Source of the DNA: an uncultured Gammaproteobacteria bacterium
GTDB lineage: Bacteria; Pseudomonadota; Gammaproteobacteria; UBA9214
NCBI GenBank assembly: GCA_965544015.1
Contig: CBEULV010000002.1
Span: forward strand, 1-38,951
Length of the DNA stretch: 38,951 nucleotides
Reading direction: 5' to 3'
A model generated the notes under the pieces. The model saw only the letters and a program-made list of their open reading frames with translations. It searched no databases and was not told the origin of the DNA. The position numbers and the translations under genes were made by a program. Below are positions 11,730 to 24,709 of this stretch, piece by piece (position 1 is the first letter of the stretch; each line of letters starts with the position of its first letter).

Positions 11730-11755
11730 TCGGATTAACAACGACAGTTATTTGA

Positions 11756-12235
<480 letters not shown>

Positions 12236-12237
12236 TC

Positions 12238-12261
12238 ATTACTTAATTACTTAATTACTTA
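12238..12261 (+). repeat. Perfect tandem 8-mer (ATTACTTA) x3 in the rpsG-fusA spacer
   Basis: Copies at 12238-12245, 12246-12253 and 12254-12261 were read directly from the sequence. Confidence 0.95.
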
Positions 12262-12282
12262 TTATTGATACGGAATACGATC

Positions 12283-14382
<2,100 letters not shown>

Positions 14383-14415
14383 TAAATATTAAGACGAACT
14401 ACGAGGTATACAGTC

Positions 14416-15606
14416 GTGTCCAAGGAAAAATTTGAACGCACCAAACCACATGTCAACGTAGGCACGATTGGTCACGTTGACCATGGCAAGACGACATTAA
14501 CGGCGGCGATCACGAAGGTGATGGCGGAGCTGCAGGGTGGCGAGTTCAAGGATTATGCGGACATTGACAATGCGCCGGAAGAGCGTGCGCGCGGCATTAC
14601 CATTGCGACGGCGCACGTGGAGTACGAGTCGGCGAATCGTCACTACGCGCACGTGGACTGCCCGGGACACGCGGACTATGTGAAGAACATGATCACGGGA
14701 GCCGCGCAGATGGACGGTGCGATTCTGGTGGTGAGTGCAGCAGACGGTCCGATGCCGCAGACGCGCGAGCACATCCTGCTGTCACGTCAGGTGGGTGTTC
14801 CGTACATCCTGGTGTACATGAACAAGGCGGACCAGGTGGATGACGCCGAGCTGCTGGAGCTGGTGGAGATGGAGATTCGCGAGCTGCTGGACAGTTATGA
14901 CTTCCCGGGTGATGACACGCCGATTATTACGGGTTCTGCGCTGAAGGCGCTGGAAGGCGACACCAGTGACATTGGTGTGCCGTCGATCGTGAAGCTGGTT
15001 GAGGAGATGGACAGGTACATCCCGGAGCCGGAGCGTGCAATTGACGGTGATTTCCTGATGCCGGTGGAGGATGTGTTCTCGATTTCCGGTCGTGGCACGG
15101 TGGTCACGGGTCGTATTGAGCGCGGCGTGATCAAGGTGGGCGAGGAGATTGAGATTATCGGCATCAAGGACACGCAGACGTCGACGTGTACGGGTGTAGA
15201 GATGTTCCGCAAGCTGCTGGACCAGGGTCAGGCGGGAGACAACGTGGGTGTATTGCTGCGTGGTACGAAGCGTGAAGAGGTTGAGCGTGGTCAGGTGCTG
15301 GCGAAGCCGGGTTCGATTACGCCGCACACGAAGTTTGAGTGTGAAGTGTATGTACTGAGCAAGGACGAGGGTGGCCGTCATACGCCGTTTTTCAGTAACT
15401 ACCGTCCGCAGTTTTATTTCCGCACCACGGATGTAACGGGTGCGTGTGATTTGCCGGAAGGTGTTGAGATGGTGATGCCTGGAGACAACGTGAAGATGAC
15501 GGTGTCGCTGATTGCGCCGATTGCGATGGAAGAGGGTCTGCGTTTCGCGATTCGTGAAGGCGGCCGCACCGTTGGTGCCGGCGTGGTATCCAAGGTCATC
15601 GAGTGA
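14416..15606 (+). CDS. tuf: Elongation factor Tu
   Basis: 396-aa ORF with a GTG start, as in E. coli tufA ([29 protein letters not shown]). Motifs DCPGHADY and NKAD are present. It sits in the tufA position after fusA. Confidence 0.99.
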   Translation: MSKEKFERTKPHVNVGTIGHVDHGKTTLTAAITKVMAELQGGEFKDYADIDNAPEERARGITIATAHVEYESANRHYAHVDCPGHADYVKNMITGAAQMDGAILVVSAADGPMPQTREHILLSRQVGVPYILVYMNKADQVDDAELLELVEMEIRELLDSYDFPGDDTPIITGSALKALEGDTSDIGVPSIVKLVEEMDRYIPEPERAIDGDFLMPVEDVFSISGRGTVVTGRIERGVIKVGEEIEIIGIKDTQTSTCTGVEMFRKLLDQGQAGDNVGVLLRGTKREEVERGQVLAKPGSITPHTKFECEVYVLSKDEGGRHTPFFSNYRPQFYFRTTDVTGACDLPEGVEMVMPGDNVKMTVSLIAPIAMEEGLRFAIREGGRTVGAGVVSKVIE

Positions 15607-15617
15607 TTAAACTAACA

Positions 15618-15641
15618 GGGGACAGGCTTAAGCCTGTCCCC
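15618..15641. repeat. Perfect 24-bp palindrome/hairpin GGGGACAGGCTTAAGCCTGTCCCC in the tuf-rpsJ spacer
   Basis: It forms a 10-bp stem with a TTAA centre and has no following T-tract. It occupies half of the 48-nt spacer. Confidence 0.9.
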
Positions 15642-15654
15642 GGATTGAATTGAT

Positions 15655-15966
15655 ATGAGCAAGCAGAGAATCCGGATACGACTGAAGGCTTTCGATTATC
15701 GTCTGATCGACCAGTCTGCGGCTGAAATTGTCGAAACAGCCAAGCGCACCGGCGCGCAGGTTCGCGGACCGATTCCGCTGCCGACCCGCAAGGAGCGTTT
15801 TACCATACTGATTTCGCCGCACGTCAACAAGGATGCGCGCGACCAGTATGAAATCCGGACGCACAAGCGCCTGATGGATATCGTTGATCCGACGGAAAAG
15901 ACGGTTGATGCGCTGATGAAGCTGGACCTCGCTGCTGGCGTGGATGTTCAGATCAAGCTGAACTAG
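15655..15966 (+). CDS. rpsJ: 30S ribosomal protein S10 (uS10)
   Basis: 103-aa ORF ([44 protein letters not shown]), canonical. Confidence 0.99.
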   Translation: MSKQRIRIRLKAFDYRLIDQSAAEIVETAKRTGAQVRGPIPLPTRKERFTILISPHVNKDARDQYEIRTHKRLMDIVDPTEKTVDALMKLDLAAGVDVQIKLN

Positions 15967-15979
15967 GCGGGTATTGGAA

Positions 15980-16621
15980 ATGACTATTGGAATCGTAGGG
16001 CGCAAGGCTGGCATGACGCGCATCATCCAGGACAACGGTGTAACCGTGCCTGTAACTGTCATTGCCGTGGAGTCGAACCGCGTCACCCAGGTCAAGACCG
16101 TCGATAACGACGGCTATCGTGCGCTGCAGGTGACCACCGGATCGCGTCGTGCCTCGCGCGTGACCCGTCCACGTGCCGGGCACTTTGCCAAGGCCGGGAC
16201 CGAGGCAGGCCGTGGTTTGTGGGAATTCAGGCTGGCGGACGGTGAAGGTGACGGCATCGAGGTCGGTAGCGAGATCAAGGTCGAGATATTCGAGCCGGGG
16301 CAGAAGGTTGATGTGACCGGAACCTCCATCGGCAAGGGTTTTGCGGGCGTGGTCAAGCGTTACCACTTCAAGACCCAGGACGCCACGCACGGCAACTCGC
16401 TGTCGCACCGCGCGCCGGGTTCGATTGGCCAGTGCCAGACCCCGGGGCGTGTGCTTAAAGGCAAGAAAATGAGCGGACATCTCGGTAACGTGAAATGCAC
16501 CACCCAGAACATCGAGGTCGTGCGTGTGGATATGGAGCGCAATCTGCTGCTGGTCAAGGGTTCGGTGCCGGGTTCAAAGGGCGGCGATGTGATTATTCGT
16601 CCGGCGGTCAAGGCGCGTTAG
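15980..16621 (+). CDS. rplC: 50S ribosomal protein L3 (uL3)
   Basis: The track ORF opens at TTG 15974. ATG 15980 gives [15 protein letters not shown], which matches the usual uL3 N-terminus. Confidence 0.96.
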   Translation: MTIGIVGRKAGMTRIIQDNGVTVPVTVIAVESNRVTQVKTVDNDGYRALQVTTGSRRASRVTRPRAGHFAKAGTEAGRGLWEFRLADGEGDGIEVGSEIKVEIFEPGQKVDVTGTSIGKGFAGVVKRYHFKTQDATHGNSLSHRAPGSIGQCQTPGRVLKGKKMSGHLGNVKCTTQNIEVVRVDMERNLLLVKGSVPGSKGGDVIIRPAVKAR

Positions 16622-16628
16622 GAGTTTC

Positions 16629-17234
16629 ATGATGGAATTGCAGTTACAGGGTTCAGGTTCGGTCTCGGTGTCGGATGACAACTTTGGCCAGGCATTCAAA
16701 GAGGCATTGGTGCACCAGGTGGTGACTGCCTGCCTGGCGAGCACGCGTTCCGGTAACGCCCAGCAGAAAACCCGCTCCATGGTCAGCGGCGGCGGTATCA
16801 AGCCGTGGCGCCAGAAGGGCACTGGCCGTGCTCGTGCCGGTACCATCCGCAGCCCGCTGTGGCGTGGTGGTGGCGCGACGTTTGCCTCGGTGCCGCGCGA
16901 TTACTCGCAGAAGATTAATCGCAAGATGTACCGTGCCGCGATGCGTTCAATCGTGTCAGAACTGCTGCGTCAGGATCGCCTGCTGGTTACGGAATCATTC
17001 GGGGTCAGTGCGCCGAAGACGCGCGAGTTGGCCGGCAAGCTGAAGGAGATGGGGCTGTCAAATGTGCTGATCGTTACCGATGCGGCGGATGACAACCTGT
17101 ACCTGGCCGCACGCAACCTGCCACACGTGGCAGTCACCGATGCCGCCGGTGCGGACCCGGTCAGCCTGATTGGCTTTGAGAAGGTGCTGATGACGACTGG
17201 CGCACTGAAACAACTCGAGGAGCGACTGGCATGA
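16629..17234 (+). CDS. rplD: 50S ribosomal protein L4 (uL4)
   Basis: 201-aa ORF containing [25 protein letters not shown]. An SD sequence (taggag) lies upstream. Confidence 0.98.
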   Translation: MMELQLQGSGSVSVSDDNFGQAFKEALVHQVVTACLASTRSGNAQQKTRSMVSGGGIKPWRQKGTGRARAGTIRSPLWRGGGATFASVPRDYSQKINRKMYRAAMRSIVSELLRQDRLLVTESFGVSAPKTRELAGKLKEMGLSNVLIVTDAADDNLYLAARNLPHVAVTDAAGADPVSLIGFEKVLMTTGALKQLEERLA

Positions 17235-17527
17235 ACCAGGAACGCCTGATGAAGATTCTGTTGTCTCCGATCGTCTCGGAGAAGAGCACGCGACTGGCCG
17301 ATGCCAGCCGCCAGTTCACCTTCAAGGTGCTGCCCGGTGCGACCAAGCCGGAAATCCGCAAGGCAGTCGAGCTGATGTTTGACGTCAAGGTAGACGGCGT
17401 GCAGATCAGCAATGTGCGCGGCAAGGTCAAGCGTCAGGGCCAGTCACTCGGTCGGCGCGCGGACTGGAAAAAGGCCTATGTGACCCTGGCTGAAGGGCAC
17501 GACATCGATTTTATGGGAGCGGAGTAA
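17231..17527 (+). CDS. rplW: 50S ribosomal protein L23 (uL23)
   Basis: 98-aa ORF. Its start overlaps the rplD stop by 4 nt (ATGA). Sequence and position are typical of uL23. Confidence 0.97.
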   Translation: MNQERLMKILLSPIVSEKSTRLADASRQFTFKVLPGATKPEIRKAVELMFDVKVDGVQISNVRGKVKRQGQSLGRRADWKKAYVTLAEGHDIDFMGAE

Positions 17528-17568
17528 CCGGCGCCTGATGCGCGGACTCCGAACAAGGGAACAAAGCA

Positions 17569-18396
17569 ATGCCACTCGCTAAAGCCAAACCAACTTCACC
17601 GGGTCGACGCTTCGTCGTCAGTGTAAAGACCCCGGATCTGCACAAGGGCAAGCCGCATGCCGCACTGCTCGATGTGAAGCACAGGAAGGGCGGCCGGAAC
17701 AATGCCGGACGGATCACCACGCGCCATCATGGCGGCGGACACAAGCAGCATTACCGCCGTATAGATTTCAAGCGCGACAAGACGGTTGTACTGGCGAAGG
17801 TTGAGCGTATCGAGTACGATCCGAACCGCTCGGCGCACATCGCCCTGTTGCTGTTCGCTGATGGTGAGCGCCGTTATATCCTGGCACCCAAGGGTGTAAA
17901 GGCGGGTGACGAGATTCGTAACGGCAGTGATGCCCCGATCAAGCCCGGCAACGCCATGCCCATGCGCAACATTCCGGTTGGTACCCTGGTGCACAACATT
18001 GAAATGAAGCCGGGTAAGGGTGGACAGTTGGCACGCAGTGCCGGCAGCAGTGCCCAGTTGGTGGCGCGTACTGGTGAGCACGCAACACTGCGTATGCGTT
18101 CCGGCGAAATGCGCAAGGTACTGGCTGACTGCATCGCCACGATCGGCGAGGTTGGCAACGCGGAGCACGGCCTGCGTTCGCTCGGCAAGGCCGGTGCGGC
18201 ACGCTGGCGCGGCAAGCGTCCGACGGTGCGCGGTGTGGCCATGAATCCGGTCGATCACCCGCATGGTGGTGGTGAGGGCCGTACCTCGGGTGGTCGTCAC
18301 CCGGTGAGTCCGTGGGGTATGCCGACCAAGGGCTACCGCACGCGCAAAAACAAGCGTACAGACAACATGATCGTCAGACGGCGTAACAAGAAGTAA
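17569..18396 (+). CDS. rplB: 50S ribosomal protein L2 (uL2)
   Basis: 275-aa ORF containing [22 protein letters not shown] and [13 protein letters not shown]. Confidence 0.99.
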   Translation: MPLAKAKPTSPGRRFVVSVKTPDLHKGKPHAALLDVKHRKGGRNNAGRITTRHHGGGHKQHYRRIDFKRDKTVVLAKVERIEYDPNRSAHIALLLFADGERRYILAPKGVKAGDEIRNGSDAPIKPGNAMPMRNIPVGTLVHNIEMKPGKGGQLARSAGSSAQLVARTGEHATLRMRSGEMRKVLADCIATIGEVGNAEHGLRSLGKAGAARWRGKRPTVRGVAMNPVDHPHGGGEGRTSGGRHPVSPWGMPTKGYRTRKNKRTDNMIVRRRNKK

Positions 18397-18413
18397 CCAG
18401 GAGATTTGTAACA

Positions 18414-18686
18414 GTGGCACGTTCAATTAGAAAAGGTCCGTTTATTGATATCCACCTGCAGAAGAAGGTGGAGAAGGCCGTTGCAGAAAACAACAAGCGT
18501 CCGATCAAGACCTGGTCACGCCGTTCCATGGTGATCCCGGAAATGGTTGGCTTGACCATTGCCATTCATAACGGACGCCAGCACGTACCGGTGCTGATCA
18601 ACGAGAACATGGTCGGCCACAAGCTGGGTGAATTCGCATTGACCCGGACTTTCCGCGGACACACGGCCGACAGGAAGGCCAGGTAA
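18414..18686 (+). CDS. rpsS: 30S ribosomal protein S19 (uS19)
   Basis: 90-aa ORF with a GTG start ([20 protein letters not shown]...). Confidence 0.98.
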   Translation: MARSIRKGPFIDIHLQKKVEKAVAENNKRPIKTWSRRSMVIPEMVGLTIAIHNGRQHVPVLINENMVGHKLGEFALTRTFRGHTADRKAR

Positions 18687-18698
18687 GAGGACAGATAG

Positions 18699-19031
18699 AT
18701 GCAGGTCAGCGCGACATTGAAACAGGTGCACATTTCGCCGCAGAAGGCCCGTCTGGTTGCAGACCAGGTGCGTGGCATGCAGGTCGAGAAGGCGCTTAAC
18801 TTGCTGATGTTCAGTGAGAAGAAGGCAGCAGGTATCGTACGCAAGGTGCTGGAGTCAGCGATTGCCAACGCGGAACACAACGAGGGTGCGGATATTGACG
18901 AACTCAAGGTCGCCAGTATCTACGTCAACGAGGCGCGTACCATGAAGCGATTCCAGGCGCGTGCCAAGGGCCGCGGAAACCGGATTCTGAAACGCAGTAG
19001 TCACATCACCGTTACGGTGGGTGACGCTTAG
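18699..19031 (+). CDS. rplV: 50S ribosomal protein L22 (uL22)
   Basis: 110-aa ORF, assigned by position and sequence ([15 protein letters not shown]). Confidence 0.98.
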   Translation: MQVSATLKQVHISPQKARLVADQVRGMQVEKALNLLMFSEKKAAGIVRKVLESAIANAEHNEGADIDELKVASIYVNEARTMKRFQARAKGRGNRILKRSSHITVTVGDA

Positions 19032-19059
19032 GACAAACAGGCAGAGGCAGAAGAGCAGC

Positions 19060-19734
19060 ATGGGTCAAAAAGTACATCCAACAGGTATCCGGCTTGGCAT
19101 TGTCAAGGACTGGACATCCACATGGTTCGCCAATTCCGAGAACTATGCCGACTACCTGAACATGGATCTGGAGATCCGTGACTACATCAGGCAGCGCCTG
19201 TCGCAGGCTTCAGTGAGCCACATCCAGATTGCGCGCCCGGCAAACAATGCCGTGATCACTATACATACAGCACGACCCGGTATCGTGATCGGCAAGAAGG
19301 GCGAGGACATCGACAAGCTGCGCAAGGAAGTATCCAGGCGCATGGGTATCCCGGTGAGCATCAATATCGAGGAGATCCGCAAGCCGGAGCTGGATGCCAG
19401 GCTGGTCGCGGAAAGTGTGGCCCAGCAGCTGGAGCGCCGCATCATGTTCCGCCGCGCCATGAAGCGTGCTGTGAGCAACTCCATGCGCATTGGTGCGCAG
19501 GGTATCAAGATCAGGGTCGGTGGCCGACTGAATGGCGCCGAGATTGCCCGTAACGAGTGGTACCGCGAGGGTCGTGTGCCGCTGCACACGCTACGCGCGG
19601 ATATCGATTATGGCACCGCTGAAGCCAACACCACCTACGGCAAGATTGGTGTGAAGGTGTGGATCTTCAAGGGTGAGGTCATTGGCAAGGAAAAGGAAGG
19701 AGACGCTGAAGGCGCGCGCAAGGCAGCTTCCTGA
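19060..19734 (+). CDS. rpsC: 30S ribosomal protein S3 (uS3)
   Basis: The track ORF opens at 19021 inside rplV. ATG 19060 gives the canonical [18 protein letters not shown], with an SD sequence (gagg) upstream. Confidence 0.97.
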   Translation: MGQKVHPTGIRLGIVKDWTSTWFANSENYADYLNMDLEIRDYIRQRLSQASVSHIQIARPANNAVITIHTARPGIVIGKKGEDIDKLRKEVSRRMGIPVSINIEEIRKPELDARLVAESVAQQLERRIMFRRAMKRAVSNSMRIGAQGIKIRVGGRLNGAEIARNEWYREGRVPLHTLRADIDYGTAEANTTYGKIGVKVWIFKGEVIGKEKEGDAEGARKAAS

Positions 19735-19752
19735 TAGCGGAGAAGAGCAGTT

Positions 19753-20166
19753 ATGTTACAGCCCAAGAGAACAAAATTTCGCAAGCAGCAGAAGGGCCGC
19801 AACCGTGGCCTGGCGCAGCGCGGTAGCAAGGTCAGCTTCGGCGAGTATGGTCTGAAATCGACAGACCGTGGTCGCATGACATCGCGCCAGATCGAAGCTG
19901 CACGTCGTACCATTACGCGTTTCGTGAAGCGTGGCGGCAAGCTGTGGATCCGGGTGTTCCCGGATACGCCGATCACCAAGAAGCCGATCGAGGTGCGCCA
20001 GGGTAAGGGTAAGGGTAATGTTGAATACTGGATTGCGCAGATTCAACCGGGTCGCATGTTATATGAAATCGAAGGCGTATCGGAAGCTGATGCGCGCGAG
20101 GCATTTAAACTGGCGTCGGCCAAGCTTCCCTTCAGGACAACCTTTGTTTCACGGACGGTGATGTGA
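19753..20166 (+). CDS. rplP: 50S ribosomal protein L16 (uL16)
   Basis: 137-aa ORF ([19 protein letters not shown]...). Confidence 0.99.
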   Translation: MLQPKRTKFRKQQKGRNRGLAQRGSKVSFGEYGLKSTDRGRMTSRQIEAARRTITRFVKRGGKLWIRVFPDTPITKKPIEVRQGKGKGNVEYWIAQIQPGRMLYEIEGVSEADAREAFKLASAKLPFRTTFVSRTVM

Positions 20167-20369
20167 TGAATGCCGCTGAGTTGAGGTCAAAAACAGAAAG
20201 CGAGCTCAGGATGGAGCTGCAGAACCTGCTGCGTGAGAAATTCAATCTCAGCATGCAGCGTGGTGTCGGGCAGCTGTCGCGTCCTGACCAGATTACCAAG
20301 GTGCGCAAGAATATTGCCAGGGTCTACACGGTACTGAATGAGAAAGCAAAATCGGGTGATGCATCATGA
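20166..20369 (+). CDS. rpmC: 50S ribosomal protein L29 (uL29)
   Basis: ATG 20166 overlaps the rplP TGA stop by 1 nt ([31 protein letters not shown]). The track start at GTG 20163 is an alternative. Confidence 0.95.
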   Translation: MNAAELRSKTESELRMELQNLLREKFNLSMQRGVGQLSRPDQITKVRKNIARVYTVLNEKAKSGDAS

Positions 20370-20626
20370 GTGAAACGAGCGCAACCGTACGGACGGTTAC
20401 CTGCAGGGTAATCAGTAACAAGATGGACAAGTCAGCCACCGTGCTGATCGAACGCAAGGTGAAGCACCCGGTTTACGGAAAGTACATTCGCCGGTCCACC
20501 AAGCTGCACGTTCATGATGAGAACAATGCTTGCCGGGAAGGCGACCTGGTGACAATTCAGGAATGCCGCCCGTATTCAAAGACCAAGTCCTGGAAACTGG
20601 TTGAAATTGTCGGGCGTAGCGAATAA
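20366..20626 (+). CDS. rpsQ: 30S ribosomal protein S17 (uS17)
   Basis: 86-aa ORF with an ATGA overlap onto rpmC. It contains [11 protein letters not shown]. Confidence 0.97.
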   Translation: MSETSATVRTVTCRVISNKMDKSATVLIERKVKHPVYGKYIRRSTKLHVHDENNACREGDLVTIQECRPYSKTKSWKLVEIVGRSE

Positions 20627-20671
20627 CGCTTACCTGGCTGGCTGACGAAACGAGACGAACGGAATAACAGC

Positions 20672-21040
20672 ATGATACAGATGCAAACAGTTCTTGATGT
20701 AGCTGACAACAGCGGCGCACGCCGGCTGATGTGCATCAAGGTATTAGGTGGCTCTCACCGGCGTTACGCGCGCATTGGTGACATTATCAAGGTCAGCGTG
20801 AAAGAAGCGATACCGCGCGGCAAGGTAAAGAAGGGCGAGGTTTATAACGCGGTCGTGGTTCGTACACGCAAGGGTGTGCGTCGTCCGGACGGCTCACTGA
20901 TTCGCTTTGACGGGAATGCCGCGGTGTTACTTAACACCCAGTTGCAGCCTATCGGTACACGTATTTTCGGACCGGTTACACGTGAATTGCGCAGTGAACG
21001 GTTTATGAAAATCATTTCACTGGCACCTGAAGTACTTTAG
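20672..21040 (+). CDS. rplN: 50S ribosomal protein L14 (uL14)
   Basis: 122-aa ORF ([17 protein letters not shown]...), canonical. Confidence 0.99.
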   Translation: MIQMQTVLDVADNSGARRLMCIKVLGGSHRRYARIGDIIKVSVKEAIPRGKVKKGEVYNAVVVRTRKGVRRPDGSLIRFDGNAAVLLNTQLQPIGTRIFGPVTRELRSERFMKIISLAPEVL

Positions 21041-21049
21041 GAACATACG

Positions 21050-21367
21050 ATGAACAGGATCAGAAAGGGTGATGAAGTTATCATCATCGCGGGAAAAGAC
21101 AAGGGCAAGCGCGGCAATGTGGCGCGTGTGATGCCTGACGGCCGCATCGTGGTCGCTGATGCCAATATGGTCAAGCGTCACACCAAGCCGAACCCGAACC
21201 GTGGTGTGGCAGGCGGCATTATCGAGAAGGAAATGCCGCTAGAATCATCCAACATCATGCTGTTCAACCCGCAGACTAATAAGGGTGACCGGGTCGGTTT
21301 CAGGACGCTGGAAGACGGTCGCAAGGTGCGGTTCTTCAAATCTACCAATGAAGTGGTAGACATCTGA
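21050..21367 (+). CDS. rplX: 50S ribosomal protein L24 (uL24)
   Basis: 105-aa ORF ([22 protein letters not shown]...). Confidence 0.98.
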   Translation: MNRIRKGDEVIIIAGKDKGKRGNVARVMPDGRIVVADANMVKRHTKPNPNRGVAGGIIEKEMPLESSNIMLFNPQTNKGDRVGFRTLEDGRKVRFFKSTNEVVDI

Positions 21368-21383
21368 TTTGATGGATAGAGAC

Positions 21384-21923
21384 ATGGCCAGGCTTAAACA
21401 ATTTTACAGTGACTCAGTCGTTCCGGAGCTCAAGAAACACTTCGGTTACACTAACCCGATGGATGTTCCGCGCATCACCAAGATTACCCTGAACATGGGT
21501 GTCGGTGAGGCGATTGCCGATCGCAAGGTGATGGAGCATGCAGTGGGAGACATGACCAAGATTGCAGGGCAGAAGCCCATCGTGATCAAGGCGCGCAAGT
21601 CGGTTGCCGGCTTCAAGCTTCGTGAAGGCTGGCCGGTCGGTTGCAAGGTGACCCTGCGCAGTGAACGTATGTACGAGTTCCTGGATCGGTTGATCAATAT
21701 CGCTATCCCGCGTATCCGTGATTTTCGCGGCATGAACCCGAAGTCCTTTGACGGCCGTGGCAACTACAATATGGGCGTCAAGGAACAGATCATTTTTCCG
21801 GAAATCGATTACGACAAGATTGATACCCTGCGTGGTATGGATATTACATTGACAACAACAGCAAAGACGGATGAAGAGGGACGCGCCCTGTTGGCTGCAT
21901 TCAGCTTCCCGTTCAGGCACTGA
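21384..21923 (+). CDS. rplE: 50S ribosomal protein L5 (uL5)
   Basis: The track opens at TTG 21369. ATG 21384 gives [10 protein letters not shown]... and 179 aa, matching the usual uL5 length. ATG 21372 is an alternative start. Confidence 0.95.
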   Translation: MARLKQFYSDSVVPELKKHFGYTNPMDVPRITKITLNMGVGEAIADRKVMEHAVGDMTKIAGQKPIVIKARKSVAGFKLREGWPVGCKVTLRSERMYEFLDRLINIAIPRIRDFRGMNPKSFDGRGNYNMGVKEQIIFPEIDYDKIDTLRGMDITLTTTAKTDEEGRALLAAFSFPFRH

Positions 21924-21934
21924 GGTAGAGAACC

Positions 21935-22240
21935 ATGGCGAAAAATTCGATGATCGCCCGCGAGAACAAGCGTGCACGCACAGTAAAGCGTTATGCAGTA
22001 AAACGCGCCGAACTGAAGGCGCTTATTAAAAGCACTACGGCTTCCTATGACGAGCGCTACCAGGCGCAGTTGAAGCTGCAGGAGCTGCCGCGTGACGCAA
22101 GTCCCGTGCGCGGACGCAACCGCTGCCGCATAACCGGTCGTCCGCATGGCTATTACCGTAAATTCGGACTTTCCCGCAACAAACTGCGTGAGGCCGCCAT
22201 GCGTGGGGATGTTCCCGGGCTGGTCAAGGCAAGCTGGTAA
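21935..22240 (+). CDS. rpsN: 30S ribosomal protein S14 (uS14), long type
   Basis: 101-aa ORF ([20 protein letters not shown]...[11 protein letters not shown]). Confidence 0.98.
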   Translation: MAKNSMIARENKRARTVKRYAVKRAELKALIKSTTASYDERYQAQLKLQELPRDASPVRGRNRCRITGRPHGYYRKFGLSRNKLREAAMRGDVPGLVKASW

Positions 22241-22246
22241 ACGATT

Positions 22247-22639
22247 ATGATGACTGATCCAATTGCAGATTTTCTGACCCGTATCCGTAACGGGCAATCC
22301 GCCAGCAAGGTGGATGTTTCCATGCCATCTTCCACGCTGAAGTGTGCAATCGCACAGGTATTGCAGGACGAGGGCTATATCAAGAGCTTTTCAACTGCGG
22401 ATGTGGATGGCAAGCCGGTGCTGACGGTTGAGCTGAAATACTTCGAGGGCAAGCCGGTGATCGAGAAGATCCAGCGTGCCAGCCGTCCTGGTCTGCGCCT
22501 GTACAAGGGCAAGGATGACATCCCGAGTATCCAGAATGGACTGGGTGTTGCCATTGTTTCCACGTCCAAGGGCGTCATGAGCGATCGCAAGGCACGAGCT
22601 GCCGGTCAGGGCGGCGAACTGCTCTGCATAGTGAGCTAG
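22247..22639 (+). CDS. rpsH: 30S ribosomal protein S8 (uS8)
   Basis: 130-aa ORF ([19 protein letters not shown]...). Confidence 0.98.
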   Translation: MMTDPIADFLTRIRNGQSASKVDVSMPSSTLKCAIAQVLQDEGYIKSFSTADVDGKPVLTVELKYFEGKPVIEKIQRASRPGLRLYKGKDDIPSIQNGLGVAIVSTSKGVMSDRKARAAGQGGELLCIVS

Positions 22640-22651
22640 GCGGATAAAGAC

Positions 22652-23185
22652 ATGTCACGAATCGCGAAAAAACCGATTAACGTACCAAAGACTGTTGAAA
22701 TTACCGAGAGCGGACAGCAGCTGACGGTAAAAGGCCCGAAGGGCGCCTTGACGCACACCATTCACGGTATGGTCGAGATGGTCAACGAAGACGGTGTGCT
22801 GAAGTTCAGCCCGCGGGATGAATCAAAGACCGCCAATGCGATGGCTGGTACCACCCGTGCGGTCGTCAATAACCTGGTGGTCGGTGTCAGTGATGGTTTT
22901 GAAAAGAAACTGGAACTGATCGGCGTGGGTTACCGTGCCCAGGCCAAGGGCAAGGTGCTTAACCTGACGCTTGGGTTCTCGCACCCGGTGGATTACGAGC
23001 TGCCGGAAGGGGTCACCGTAGAGACCCCGAGCCAGACGGAGATTGTGATCAAGGGCTGTGACAAGCAGAAGGTGGGCCAGGTTGCAGCAGAGATTCGCGC
23101 ATTTCGCCCGCCGGAGCCCTACAAGGGCAAGGGCGTACGCTACTCGGATGAAGTGGTCGCCCGTAAAGACGCGAAGAAGAAATAG
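22652..23185 (+). CDS. rplF: 50S ribosomal protein L6 (uL6)
   Basis: 177-aa ORF ([18 protein letters not shown]...). Confidence 0.98.
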   Translation: MSRIAKKPINVPKTVEITESGQQLTVKGPKGALTHTIHGMVEMVNEDGVLKFSPRDESKTANAMAGTTRAVVNNLVVGVSDGFEKKLELIGVGYRAQAKGKVLNLTLGFSHPVDYELPEGVTVETPSQTEIVIKGCDKQKVGQVAAEIRAFRPPEPYKGKGVRYSDEVVARKDAKKK

Positions 23186-23208
23186 AGATTATCTTAACAG
23201 GCACCGAT

Positions 23209-23562
23209 ATGGACAAGAAGCAGACACGTTTACGCCGCGCCCGGCGCGCCCGCTCCCGCATCAAGACGCTGGGGGCCAATCGGCTGTGCATTCATCGCAC
23301 GCCGCGGCACATCTATGCCCAGGTCATTTCCCCGGAAGGTGGCACCGTCATGGTCAGTGCCTCGACACTGGACAAGGACGTGCGCAAGGATGTTGAGAAG
23401 ACCGGTGGCGCCGCTGCCGCGACCGTGGTTGGCAAGGCTATCGCCGAGCGCGCCAAGGCAGCCGGTATTACCCGTGTCGCATTTGACCGTTCCGGTTTTA
23501 AATATCATGGCCGCGTCAAGGCGCTGGCCGATGCCGCGCGTGAAAGCGGTCTCGAATTCTGA
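23209..23562 (+). CDS. rplR: 50S ribosomal protein L18 (uL18)
   Basis: 117-aa ORF (...[16 protein letters not shown]...[26 protein letters not shown]). Confidence 0.98.
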   Translation: MDKKQTRLRRARRARSRIKTLGANRLCIHRTPRHIYAQVISPEGGTVMVSASTLDKDVRKDVEKTGGAAAATVVGKAIAERAKAAGITRVAFDRSGFKYHGRVKALADAARESGLEF

Positions 23563-23576
23563 TCAAGGGCTGAGTT

Positions 23577-24083
23577 ATGGCAAGGGTTGATTCACAGGTA
23601 CAGGGTGATGGTCTGCTGGAAAAGCTGGTTACCGTCAATCGTGTTGCGAAAGTAGTCAAGGGTGGCCGCCAGTTCGGTTTCACTGCGCTGACTGTGGTTG
23701 GTGATGGCGAAGGTCGCGTCGGTTACGGCTACGGCAAAGCGCGCGAAGTCCCGGCCGCCATCCAGAAGGCGATGGAGTCCGCACGCAAGAACATGATTAC
23801 GGTCAATCTGAAGGGCGGCACCCTGCAGTACCCGCTGACCTCACGTCACGGTGCTGCCAAGGTCTACATGCAGCCGGCCTCCGAAGGTACCGGCATTATC
23901 GCCGGCGGTGCAATGCGTGCCGTTTTCGAGGTGGTCGGCGTACACGACGTGCTGGCCAAGTGCATTGGCTCCAATAACCCGATAAACGTGCTGCGCGCAA
24001 CCATTCGTGGCCTGGAAGAAATGCGTTCGCCGGAAGAGGTCGCAGCCAGGCGCGGCAAATCAGTCAAGGAAATCCTGGAGTAA
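23577..24083 (+). CDS. rpsE: 30S ribosomal protein S5 (uS5)
   Basis: 168-aa ORF (...[43 protein letters not shown]...). Confidence 0.98.
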   Translation: MARVDSQVQGDGLLEKLVTVNRVAKVVKGGRQFGFTALTVVGDGEGRVGYGYGKAREVPAAIQKAMESARKNMITVNLKGGTLQYPLTSRHGAAKVYMQPASEGTGIIAGGAMRAVFEVVGVHDVLAKCIGSNNPINVLRATIRGLEEMRSPEEVAARRGKSVKEILE

Positions 24084-24086
24084 GTC

Positions 24087-24272
24087 ATGGCCGGCACAAA
24101 AAAGATCAGGGTTACGCAGACGCGCAGTTCCCACGGGCGCCTGCAAAGCCACAAGGACACCGTGCGTGGTCTTGGCTTGCGTCGCATGCACCATACCGTG
24201 GAAGTGTGTGACACGCCGGAAATTCGCGGCATGATCAACAAGATCGCTTACATGTTGAAGGTCGAGGACTGA
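24087..24272 (+). CDS. rpmD: 50S ribosomal protein L30 (uL30)
   Basis: 61-aa ORF in the canonical position. It contains KIRVTQTRS...[12 protein letters not shown]. Confidence 0.96.
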   Translation: MAGTKKIRVTQTRSSHGRLQSHKDTVRGLGLRRMHHTVEVCDTPEIRGMINKIAYMLKVED

Positions 24273-24274
24273 AC

Positions 24275-24709
24275 ATGAAACTGAATACACTCAAGCCGGC
24301 TGATGGCAGCAAGAAGGACGCCAGGCGTGTTGGCCGGGGCATAGGTTCCGGGCTGGGCAAAACCTGTGGTCGCGGTCACAAGGGCCAGAGTTCGCGTTCC
24401 GGCGGCTTCCACAAGATCGGTTTTGAAGGCGGCCAGATGCCGTTGCAGCGTCGTCTGCCGAAGGTTGGTTTTTCCACTGCCAAGTCCCGTTGCACTGGCG
24501 AGATTCGTCTGCACGAACTCGCAACCGTGGATGCTGACGTGATCGACCTGGCTGCACTCAGACAGGCCAACCTGATTTCCCGTAGCATCAAGCATGTGAA
24601 GGTGTTTGCCTCGGGGACCATCGACAAGGCCGTCACCCTCAAGGGTATCAAGGTGACCAGTGGCGCTCGTGCAGCCATTGAGGCTGCCGGGGGCAAAATC
24701 GAGGATTAA
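24275..24709 (+). CDS. rplO: 50S ribosomal protein L15 (uL15)
   Basis: 144-aa ORF ([38 protein letters not shown]...). Confidence 0.98.
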   Translation: MKLNTLKPADGSKKDARRVGRGIGSGLGKTCGRGHKGQSSRSGGFHKIGFEGGQMPLQRRLPKVGFSTAKSRCTGEIRLHELATVDADVIDLAALRQANLISRSIKHVKVFASGTIDKAVTLKGIKVTSGARAAIEAAGGKIED

